A stretch of DNA of 64,000 bases from Prasinococcaceae sp. CCMP 1430 (lineage: Eukaryota > Plantae > Prasinodermophyta), in the NCBI GenBank assembly GCA_013416795.1, contig RQSC01000026.1:157701-221700 (forward strand), read 5' to 3'. The notes under the pieces are model-generated. The model ran no database searches. It was not told the DNA's origin and was given only the letters and a program-made list of their open reading frames with translations. The translations under genes and the position numbers were made by a program. This document shows positions 20,581 through 30,029 of the stretch, in pieces. Numbering within the stretch: the first letter of the stretch is position 1; every line of letters begins with the position of its first letter.

Positions 20581-23500
20581 ATGGTTGACGCGCAACCAGC
20601 AGACGCGGCCTCCGCTTTGGAGGGCGCCTTGTATCCCGGGGGGACGTTCAGCGACAACTTCAACCTCGCGGTGCTGCGAGAGCTCAAGAAATCCTTCGAT
20701 GTGGCCGACGAGGACGGCAGCGGCGGGATCGACGAGGAGGAGTTTGTCGAGGCCGTTTTGCAGGTGGCCGCCCTTCGCGACTCGATGGTGGGCAATGACG
20801 TGAACCATCTCTTCATGAAGATTGACGCCAACTCGGACGGTACCATCGACTGGGACGAGTTCACCAACCACATCATGCTCGAACAGACTGCGCGGAACGA
20901 AGACGACGCCAACGGACCCGCGGGGCGGCCTTACGTCAAAGTGACGTCTTTTGAGCAGCAGGGAAAGCCCGGTGCTAAGGACGGCGAGAAGTCTAACAAG
21001 CCTGCGCTTGACAAGCTGTTCGACGACCCGCGCATGCGGCGGCGCGTGCAGGCGTTCGTGGCGTCCCTGGCGGAATCGCAGTCAAAGGAGCCGGGCGCTG
21101 CGCGCGGCGTGCGCGGTGGAGACGCCTTTGGGGCTGCAGACACGTCGACTGGCCCCAAGGCGGGCGCCCTCGGCGGCGCAGGCGGGTACGGCAGCGGAGG
21201 TGGTAGCGCGAAGAGGAGCCTCGGGGGTGGGCGCGAGCTTCAAAGCCGCGAGGAGCACGCAGACATGATTCAGAAAATCCTGTGGCTGCCCAGCCTTGGC
21301 ACGTACGTCAGCGCGGGCCGTGACGGCGTGCTGCGGCTATGGGATGGCGCGAGCGTGCGCTCGCAGCGCTGGATGAACAACGGTGCGGCATGGATCACCG
21401 ACATTGCCTGCACGGCGTCGCAGCCGCTGGCGGTGTGCGCCGCGGACCGCACCATCAGCTTCTACGACGCCGGACGTCCCTCCATGGATCCGTTGGGGCG
21501 CATCACGCAGCTGGACAACGTGCCCATGTGCGCGGCGTGGATGCACGTGAGCGAGAACGACATGTTCTTGTACGGCGACGATCGTGGCAGCGTCTACACG
21601 TACGCGCTCGCCGACGAGTGGGGCTCGGAGGGGGCAGGCCCTGGCGGCGTCGAGGTCGGCAAGAAGGTCCTTAGCGGCATGAAACTTGAGGCCCCCCACC
21701 GTGCGCACTCGGACTGGGTGACCAAGATTATGTACTTGTCGCACTCAGAGACGCTGCTCACCTCGTCGATGGACGGCACGCTGCTGCAGACGGATTTTGA
21801 GAGCCGCAAGGTCAAGTGGAAGGTGACGGACCACCAGTACGGCGTGCATTCGTTTGCCGTCTGCCGCTCATTCAACTTCATCGCCAGTTGCGGCCTGGAG
21901 CGCAACGTGCTGCTCTTCAACCCCTTTGCTGGCAAGCGCGTGGGGTTGCTTGCAGGCCACAGCGCTCCGGTGTGCGACGTCATCGTCAACGAGGCGGACA
22001 GTCAGCTCATATCGCTGTCCACAGACAAGGTGATCAAGATTTGGGACATCCGCTCCAACAAATGCATGCAGACCATCACCAACAAGACCGAGTACCGGCC
22101 CGAGAATCGCATCAGCGCCATTGCCTTCAACCCGCAGCGCAAGGCTATTGTGACGGGTGCGACGCGGCTCGACCTGTACGAGCGCAAGCGCCGCCAAGAG
22201 GCGGTCTCGCATCCGGTGGCTGCCGCGCTGTACAACAGGGCGTTTTCGCAGGTGGTGGCGGGCGATGCGGGTGGCGTGGTGAGCGTTTACGACTGCATCA
22301 AGGGTGGCCGCGTGTTCTCATTCAGTGAGGCGCACGGCACCTCCAAGATCAGCGCGATGGCCTTCGATAACTCCGGCCGAAGGCTCCTCACCGGCGCGCA
22401 GGATGGGACGCTGTACATGTGGAACTTCAACAACGGCAGCCGCCTCAATGAGTACAAGGGCTTCGGCCCAGCCGAGATCACGTGCTGCGCGTACATCGAG
22501 GACGGGCACAATCGCTACGTTGCTGCGGCGGGATGGAACCGCGCTGTGTGCGTCTGGCACGACACAGGCGCGGCCGTGGAGCTGCTTCAGCACCGCATGG
22601 ATGCATACACCGATGACATTATCTGCATGGCCTTCTGTGCGCCAAATGTCATCGCCACTGGCTCGCACGACGGCAAGGTGCTGCTGTGGAAGGTCGACGG
22701 CTTGCTCAAGCAGACGTTGGCCCCGCCGGGTCTTGCTGCCATGGATGCGGACGATAGGCCCGTCACCGCCCTCGTGCAGCTCAGGGAGGTTGCCGGTGGA
22801 GACGTGCTGGCCGCTGCGGGGGCGGACGGCGCCGTACGCTTCTACTCGATAGCGAGCGGCGCGCTGCTGCACGAGCTGGTCACTCAGCACCCCAAGGAGC
22901 GCGGCGGCATCAGCGCGCTCTGCGTGGTGCCCGACAATGGCACGCTTTACACGGCGGACGGCGCGGGAACCGTGGCGTGCTGGAGCGCCGACGTCGCGGC
23001 GCTCGCTAGCCTCGCGTACAGGAGCGTGCCCGCTCCTTCTCCGGGCACTTCGCCTCGCCACCGCGCCAAGCTCGCCGACAAGGTGGCCGCCTCCGCCTCC
23101 GCTCCCTCCGCGCTGCTCGCGCACCGCTTCAGCTGGCGCGCGCACGATACCAAGCATTCGGTGGTTTCGATGGACGTCGTCGAGTCGGGTTTCTTGCTCA
23201 CAGCGTCCGACGACGGCTCGGTGAGGCTATGGAGCCGTGAGGGCGCGCTCGCTGGCGTCTTTGGCCAGGACGAGCGGTGGGAGCTCGGACAGACGTCCAC
23301 GTGGAAGCAGCCGCTGCCACGGCACCTCGCGCCCGCAGACGCGGCGGGGAGCCTCGCTGAGGGTGACGCGGCGCCCACTGCCGCGCTCGCGCGGGGCGCA
23401 GAGGCGCCCGCAGGTGCTGGTGCGGACGGGGGCGCGGACGCGAGCACGGACGGCGCCGCGGGCGCCGGCGCTGCCGGGGGCGCCGAGGCCGACGGCACGT

Positions 23501-23814
23501 CCTCGGCGGCGGCTGAAACAGTGAAGACGAAGAGAAAGACCTCCTGGGCGGTGGCAGCTTTTGGCAATGCCAAACAGAAGGAGGAGGAGGAGGAGGAGGA
23601 GGATGAGGCCGTCGACGAGAAGCTGCTGTTGCGACAGCGGATCGCCGAGCTATTAACCTACCGCTCGCGCTCGCACGCCCAGGCGGCGTTCGCGGCGACG
23701 CTTGAGAAGAGGCTGCCGCTGCAACCCATGGGCGAAGTCGATGCCATGCTCGAGACCGCGCGCGCGCGCCTCACCAAGGTCGGGCGGGGCGAGCGCGGCT
23801 TGCAACACCGCTAG
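20581..23814 (+). CDS. EF-hand pair plus WD40-repeat protein (WDR49/EFCAB8/CFAP337-like), single exon
   Basis: EF loops DEDGSGGIDEEE and DANSDGTIDWDE, LFMKIDAN, many WD repeats (GH..DKVIKIWD, LLTGAQDGTLYMWN). Confidence 0.85.
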   Translation: MVDAQPADAASALEGALYPGGTFSDNFNLAVLRELKKSFDVADEDGSGGIDEEEFVEAVLQVAALRDSMVGNDVNHLFMKIDANSDGTIDWDEFTNHIMLEQTARNEDDANGPAGRPYVKVTSFEQQGKPGAKDGEKSNKPALDKLFDDPRMRRRVQAFVASLAESQSKEPGAARGVRGGDAFGAADTSTGPKAGALGGAGGYGSGGGSAKRSLGGGRELQSREEHADMIQKILWLPSLGTYVSAGRDGVLRLWDGASVRSQRWMNNGAAWITDIACTASQPLAVCAADRTISFYDAGRPSMDPLGRITQLDNVPMCAAWMHVSENDMFLYGDDRGSVYTYALADEWGSEGAGPGGVEVGKKVLSGMKLEAPHRAHSDWVTKIMYLSHSETLLTSSMDGTLLQTDFESRKVKWKVTDHQYGVHSFAVCRSFNFIASCGLERNVLLFNPFAGKRVGLLAGHSAPVCDVIVNEADSQLISLSTDKVIKIWDIRSNKCMQTITNKTEYRPENRISAIAFNPQRKAIVTGATRLDLYERKRRQEAVSHPVAAALYNRAFSQVVAGDAGGVVSVYDCIKGGRVFSFSEAHGTSKISAMAFDNSGRRLLTGAQDGTLYMWNFNNGSRLNEYKGFGPAEITCCAYIEDGHNRYVAAAGWNRAVCVWHDTGAAVELLQHRMDAYTDDIICMAFCAPNVIATGSHDGKVLLWKVDGLLKQTLAPPGLAAMDADDRPVTALVQLREVAGGDVLAAAGADGAVRFYSIASGALLHELVTQHPKERGGISALCVVPDNGTLYTADGAGTVACWSADVAALASLAYRSVPAPSPGTSPRHRAKLADKVAASASAPSALLAHRFSWRAHDTKHSVVSMDVVESGFLLTASDDGSVRLWSREGALAGVFGQDERWELGQTSTWKQPLPRHLAPADAAGSLAEGDAAPTAALARGAEAPAGAGADGGADASTDGAAGAGAAGGAEADGTSSAAAETVKTKRKTSWAVAAFGNAKQKEEEEEEEDEAVDEKLLLRQRIAELLTYRSRSHAQAAFAATLEKRLPLQPMGEVDAMLETARARLTKVGRGERGLQHR

Positions 23815-24637
23815 CGAACGACTCAAACCCCTGCTCCCGCGCGGGGGCCAGGGAACGCCCGTAATGACGCCGAATTCGGCACGCCGCGCGCGCGTCGGAG
23901 CGGCGCGTGCACCGTGCGTCCGCACCCGTGCGCGATCGCGTGCGTGCGTACGCGTCCATGAGCGCGCGCACGCGCTCGCCTCCCCACAGCCACCACCACC
24001 GACACCACACACACTCCCCCGGCTCTGCGCCCGGCTTGAAGACCCGTTGCCAGTTTCAGTTTCGGTTCCACTATTTAGGGTCATATCTTCTTGAGGGTCC
24101 ATTTTTAGATTCGATGCATGTCCAACCGCCCAACTGAATTGGACGCGTCCGCGTGCATTTTGACGTGCCCAATTGAGATGGCGGATAAGAACCAAATCCG
24201 CCGGGGCCGCGCGCCACACGGCGCACGCGTGGCGCGCGCGCGCCCGGCAGGGGCCCCTTCCCCCAGACCGCCACGACGTACAGCGCATACCCCACGAGCA
24301 CCCACCCACCCAACCAGCCGGCCGATGCTCGGTTGACAGACAGACAGACAGACAGACAGAGCGCGGCCGTCTGTCTGCTCGCGCGCTCGGCTCTGTCTGT
24401 CTGGTTGGCTTTGGGTTGGGGTTAGGGCGCGCGCGCCGCCGCCTGCCGGCTGCCCGCGTGCGCGGCTGGGTCTGGATGGGTGCGGCGCGCGGACACCGCC
24501 GGCCGGCTTCGATCGAGTTCTGGCCTGGCTGGATCTGGATCTGGCTCTGGCGAAAGCAGAGCGCGCTGTCTGTGGCTGTGCGCGCGGTGGGTGGTAGCGA
24601 ATGCGGTCGCAGACGGCGAGCGCCCGCGCGCGCGCAG

Positions 24638-25891
24638 CTGGCGCAGTCGCGCGGCGGGCGCCTGTTCCGCGTGGACGGCGGCGCGGAGCAGTTCCCGCTC
24701 GCCGAGGCCACCACGAGCCGTCAGGCGACCGTGCCGTACACCGCGGCCGCCGATGGCGAGGAGCGTGAGCGACTGATGGACGTGGCGGTCAACTCCGGCG
24801 CGTCTGAGGCCATCGCCGCCGCTGGGGCTTCGCCGTTCGCCGCCGTGATCGACCCGGCCAACCCGACGCTCCAGCGGCTGCTCGGCGAGGTCGCGGACAA
24901 CTGGAGCCGGGTGGGCGAGCGCTGCGGCGGGCGCGGTCACAACTCGTACTGGCCGGAAATCTTCGAGATTGGGGAGGAGCTGCTGCGCGAGCACTTTCCC
25001 GAAGAGGCGGAGGAGGTCGACTGGGGGTGCGGCTTCGTGCGCGACGACGACGACCCTTCGCGCGCCATCGACTTCATCCAGCGCAGGCCGCAGGGCGACT
25101 TCTTCGTGAGCAAGTTTCACCACGCGCGGCGATGCCACCGTGACGTGGACGCGCGTGACTACAAGAGCGAGGGCTGGCTCGAGGAGGCATGCCCTGACGC
25201 CGACGAGTACTCGTACCGCTTCTACAACGTGTGGCTGTCGCGCAGCCCGCTGGACCCCACGTGTCAGGTGTGGGAGGATCCGCTCCTGCTGCTGCTGCCG
25301 CGGGAGGCCGGCGCACGCGAGTGGAGCTACGATGCGATCTCCGAGGCCGACCGCGCGGCCGCCAAAGCGGCCGAGGCGGAGGAGGCGCCCGCGCTCTCGC
25401 CCGCCCGCATGCTCACCGAGGCCATCGGCGCTGCCTCGCGCGCCACAACGTGGGGGGGGCGCAAGGGCACGCGGGGCACAAGCGAGGCCGGCGTCGACCC
25501 GTATTTCGAGGAGCGCGGCCAGCCGGAGCTCGCGCCAGACGACGCCCACCAGTGGGTGACCGCACCCTTCATGATCTTCGATAGTGCGGACGTGTGGCAC
25601 ACGGCTGGCAAGTGGGAGAACGGCTTCAAGCGCGACCTGCGCGCGAACCACCTGCGCGGCAACAAGTCCGAGTCCATCGGCGGTCGTGTGTCCATCGAGC
25701 TGCGCTTTCGCACGCGCCGCAAAATGCGGCGCGGGCCTGAGGGTGCGGGCGCGCCGTGGTCGCCGCTCAGCTGCGCCATGCGCTCTGGCATCGAGCTCAA
25801 CCGCAAGCTTCGGCCACCGGGGCTCGTGTACGACCTCCAGGCGGGCACCGCGGTCGATGAGGGTGCCGTATGCGAGGGGGATGGGCAATAA
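24638..25891 (+). CDS. CmcJ/AsaB/NvfI-like Fe(II)/2OG oxygenase; start uncertain
   Basis: Motif order CHRD (HxD), RFYNVW, V.EDPL, MIFDS, WHTA, RVSIELR matches the family pattern. Confidence 0.65.
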   Translation: MAQSRGGRLFRVDGGAEQFPLAEATTSRQATVPYTAAADGEERERLMDVAVNSGASEAIAAAGASPFAAVIDPANPTLQRLLGEVADNWSRVGERCGGRGHNSYWPEIFEIGEELLREHFPEEAEEVDWGCGFVRDDDDPSRAIDFIQRRPQGDFFVSKFHHARRCHRDVDARDYKSEGWLEEACPDADEYSYRFYNVWLSRSPLDPTCQVWEDPLLLLLPREAGAREWSYDAISEADRAAAKAAEAEEAPALSPARMLTEAIGAASRATTWGGRKGTRGTSEAGVDPYFEERGQPELAPDDAHQWVTAPFMIFDSADVWHTAGKWENGFKRDLRANHLRGNKSESIGGRVSIELRFRTRRKMRRGPEGAGAPWSPLSCAMRSGIELNRKLRPPGLVYDLQAGTAVDEGAVCEGDGQ

Positions 25892-26245
25892 CTTCGACCA
25901 TTTTTGTTTCTTTTGGGCACGCCGCCCGGCGCTGCGTGCGTGCTGAGTGTGCGCGCGTTGGCGGTCACGCGCGAGCTCATACGGCGCAGGAGCTTTTACT
26001 AGCTAGACAGAGCGACGGACTCCTGCTTGCGGGTGGTCGTGGTGATCTATACTGTCCTTCGATAGCGCGCGCGCGCTCTTGCTCCCTCGCTCTCGTTTCC
26101 TTCGGTCTTCCTCGGCCCCGCACATGCTATGATGCAGCGCTATGCACACAGCGGACGGCAGAGATGTCTAGGACTCGAGGTAGCTGGCCATCGAGCCATG
26201 GAGTGTGGACGGACGGTGTGATGGAGCTCGTTCTCGCTGCAGTCA

Positions 26246-27450
26246 CTATTCCTCACTGACGACGACGCGCAGCACGTCTGTGAGGGTCACACAGCCGATG
26301 GGGCGCCAGCTCGCCGTGCCGTCCACCACCCACAGCCGATGCAGCCCGCGACCTGTCAGCAGCGCGATGCACTCTCCGAGCGTCGAGTCGCGCGTCACGC
26401 ACACAGGTGGCAATCGCCTGGCAAGCGTTGCGGCGTGCTGATCCCCGAGCTTTGACAACGTGCCCTCGTCGTCGGAGAAAAGAGTCGACCGAGGGCGCTC
26501 GCGCAGCAGGTCGTGGCGGTGCACGAGGAATTGCGCGACGGGCAGCGCGAGGCTCCCAAGGTGTGCCGTGTGCAAGCCGCGCAGGTCGCTGTCGCTGAGC
26601 GTGCCAACGAGCGTGCCAGAGGCCTCGTCGAAGACGGCGGCCCCCGCCACGCGCGCCTGCAGTTCCATTTCCGCCAGGCAGTCGATGGCAGGTTTGGTAG
26701 AGGCGAAGGCGGTGGGTGCCTTGAGCCCCAGGCTGAGGTCGGCGAGCGTACGCTGCGCCTCGGGCACCTCGTCGAGGCGCTCGCTGAGAAAGCGCACGAC
26801 GTCGGACTGCGAGATGATCGCGTCGACCTGGCCGGCGGCGTTGAAGACGGCAACGCGGTGAGACGGCGGCCTGTCCGGGCGCGGCGGGTAGCGCAGCATG
26901 CCTTGCCGCACGAGCATGTCCAGGGACACGGCGGGCGCATCGCCTGCGAAGAGAAGGTCGCCGTCTGAGCCGAGCGGCGAAAGGCAGCTGATGGCGGGGC
27001 GTGAGCCGAACGCCTCGGCGACCGCCCCCAGGCGCGCCATGCGGTCGAGCGTCGGCGAAACGGGCCGGCGTCCGGCCGCAACCAGCGCGGCGGCCGGCAG
27101 CCGCTCCTCGTGCACCAGCGTTCGAACCAGGTCCGATGTCGATAAGAAGCCCACGAAACGGTAGGGAGCGGACGCGACCTCCTCGGGCGTGCGGCGCACG
27201 CGCTTGTGCGACTGACGCACGTCAGAGCCCCACGCCTCCTCCCCATCCGCAGCCTCCGCAGCTCCCCTGTCGCCGCCGCTGCCGGCGGCGGTGGCAGCGG
27301 CCGCCGCGCCGGCCTCGGGCTTGGTGCTCGAGGCGGGCGCGTCGGTTGCGCGCGCGTAGCGCACGAGCGGCGCGCTGAGCACCCCCCAGCCGGCGAGGCT
27401 CGCGAGGGCCTCCCGCGCGGGGGCATCGTACTCGAGCCCGGCGGCACCGC
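26246..27450 (-). CDS. Four-CBS-domain protein (SnRK1/AMPK gamma- or SDS23-like); start not resolved
   Basis: EALASLAGWGVLSAPLV, FVGFLSTSDL, HRVAV..IISQSDVVRFL, LVGTLSDSDLRG, HRLWVVD..PIGCVTLTDVL. Confidence 0.85.
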
Positions 27451-27719
27451 CGCTGGCGGGCTGGGGCGGGGTGCCGAGCGCGGGGGGAGGCGGGCGCTGC
27501 GCCCCCCGTCGCGTGCGTGTGTGGTGGCAGCGCGCAGCGCGCTGCGGACTGCTCGTTCTCGCGCTGCTTTTTTTACAGCAGATGTTTTATTTTATTTTTA
27601 ATAACAAAAAGGCAATGAGGTCTGATCATCACAGTCACAGGACGCCTGGGCTCGCCACAGTGGCGGCGATCGCGTGCGGCGGCCTGGGCGGGCCTCGCCT
27701 CTCACTCGGGCCGGCGAGC

Positions 27720-28445
27720 TCACGTGCGCTGCATGGGCGCGGCCGGCGCGACCGCCTGCACGCCGGCGTCGGCGGCGGGCGCCTTGCGCCCGTCCCTCAC
27801 CTCGATCTGGTTGGCGTGCTGCGCGGCCATGCACGCACACACGGTGCACCACACGATGTCGGCCAACAAGTCGACGATGTCGGCGGCGGTGTCGAGCTCA
27901 CCGGAGCCCGCGATGGCCGCCGCGCACTGCATGATGCACGCGAGGTACTGCAGGGTGATCATGGTGGCGATGATGCACTTGTCGCAAGCGGTCGTCTCCA
28001 GCTCCAAGTCGTCTTGGAGCAGCCAGCGGGTTACCGCGACCGACTGCGCGAAGCACAGCCAGGTCTCCAAGCACAGGCAGCACTCGGGACAGGACTTCTC
28101 GCCGCATTTGCCCGCGCACGGCAGGTACCCGCCGCAGCACACGTACTGGCTCATGTCGCCCTTGTAGTACCTGCGTCGGATTTCCCACGACACGCAGCAC
28201 GGGCAGAACATCGCGATACAGCAGCACATCGGCTGGGCACACACCGCATGGATGAGATCCGTGTCCCACTTGCCGGTGTACCCGAGGCGCCTCTCGGCGG
28301 CCTCAAACTTGTAAGGGACCTTCTGGCCCGACGGGAAGGCCACGCCGTAGCCCGAGCCCATTGGCGGGTGTTGCGCCGGCGCGGCGCCCGCAGTGGCGGG
28401 CCCAGCCACGGGCACGCCCTGCGGTGGCGGGGCGCGCTCCGCCAT
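27720..28445 (-). CDS. PLAC8-family Cys-rich protein
   Basis: W..L..CC..MFCPCC, YVCC, CLCLETWLCF; single ATG-TGA ORF. Confidence 0.85.
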   Translation of the reverse strand: MAERAPPPQGVPVAGPATAGAAPAQHPPMGSGYGVAFPSGQKVPYKFEAAERRLGYTGKWDTDLIHAVCAQPMCCCIAMFCPCCVSWEIRRRYYKGDMSQYVCCGGYLPCAGKCGEKSCPECCLCLETWLCFAQSVAVTRWLLQDDLELETTACDKCIIATMITLQYLACIMQCAAAIAGSGELDTAADIVDLLADIVWCTVCACMAAQHANQIEVRDGRKAPAADAGVQAVAPAAPMQRT

Positions 28446-29243
28446 GATGGCAACTCCCCGCAGGAACCGGTGCCGCGCGAGCTAGCACGGGGCCGGACGC
28501 GAGAAGCGAAGGGAGGGGTCGGCGCGCAGGCCACTGCGCGCACCGCGTGTGTCTCGCGTAGCGCCCACACGGCCTGCGCGGGGCGCTCTACAGTCCCACG
28601 GCCTGCGTCCGCCCGGCAGCGCCAGACAAAGCACTGGCAGGCGGCGGAGCGTGCGGGCGCAGCCCGTGGCTGGCGGCGCGCGCCGCCGGCAGCGGCGCCG
28701 CCATCGCAGGGCCGCCCGGATGCGCCGCGGCCCTCGAGTGGCGCGAGCCCCTCGCGCCCGTGCCCGTGCTGCGCGCGGGCCCCCCTCGCACGCACGCACA
28801 CCAGACAGGGTCGAACGGTTGCGGTTACACGATTCGAAACACGCCCTCAAAAAAGTCACGTCAGGAGTGATATGGCCGCAAGGGTCATCTCGAACAGATG
28901 TAAACCCTGAACCCTAACCAACGCGAGTCGATGTCGGCGCGCAACGCAAAGGGGGGGGAGGGGCGGGGGGGGGCGCTGGAGAGGACGCGGTGGCAAGGAG
29001 GTGCAGAGGAGGCGCGCGCGGCCAAGGGAGGGGCCTGCCGAGGCTGCCAAAGAGGGCTAGTAGGCATGGCACAGCCCGTGCATGGGCCCGGTCTGCGCCT
29101 ACGCGCTCTGCTCTATCCGCCGTGCCGGCCAGGTGCGAGGTTGTGCCTGCTGTTGGTGGTGTTTTTGAAACACCAGTTTTGTTGTGTGCGTTCGCAGCAG
29201 AGGCCATGGGGCCGCGCTGCTACCGCGAGGGTACGGAATGAGC

Positions 29244-29731
29244 TTAGTCCGAGGACTTCTTGCCCGACCTGAAGTGGTGGGAGAGCGCAGGGGTTGTCGG
29301 ATGTCAGCGTCAGCGTCAGCGGAGCGCGGAGGCAGCATACGAGGGAGCGCGCCAGCACGGACGCAGCGTTCACAGGCGTTCGCGGCGCTATCGACGCACT
29401 TGTTGATGAGCGACTTGTGGATGTGGGGGATCACACCGCCACCGGCGATGGTCGCCTTGATGAGCGTGTCGAGCTCCTCGTCGCCACGGATGGCGAGCTG
29501 GAGGTGGCGCGGCGTGATGCGCTTCACCTTGAGGTCCTTGGAGGCGTTGCCCGCGAGCTCGAGCACCTCAGCGGTGAGGTACTCAAGGATCGCCGCGGTG
29601 TACACCGCCGAGGTGGCGCCAATGCGGCCCGTCGAGGTCGCCTTGTTCTTGAGGAAGCGGTGGATACGGCCGACCGGGAACTGGAGGCCGGCCTTCGCGG
29701 AGCGCGAGATCGGCTTCTTCTTGTCGCTGGT
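29244..29731 (-). CDS. H2A.Z: Histone H2A.Z; exons 29400-29731 and 29244-29268; first exon not found
   Basis: [82 protein letters not shown]; intron 29269-29399. Confidence 0.97.
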
Positions 29732-30029
29732 CTATGCGCGCGAGAACGAGCAGAGCAGTGCAGGGCGGAGACGCGCGGAGCGAGTGGGCGCGCGAGAGAC
29801 ACAGAGAGTCAGGACCGACGCCTCAGCGGCCGCGCAAGCGCACGCTTGGCGCCGTCGCTGCCCCTGCTTCGCCGCTCGCCGCTCGCCGGCCGCGCAGGCA
29901 CCTCGCGCCCCTGCGCGATCTGCTTTTTGGTGGTCCGGTGGCGGATAATACCACGTGCGCGGACGGGTGCTGACTGCTGAGAGCTACAGCGCGGCTTGCT
30001 GGGGCGCGGCGTCTCGGCGCTCGCTGTCG

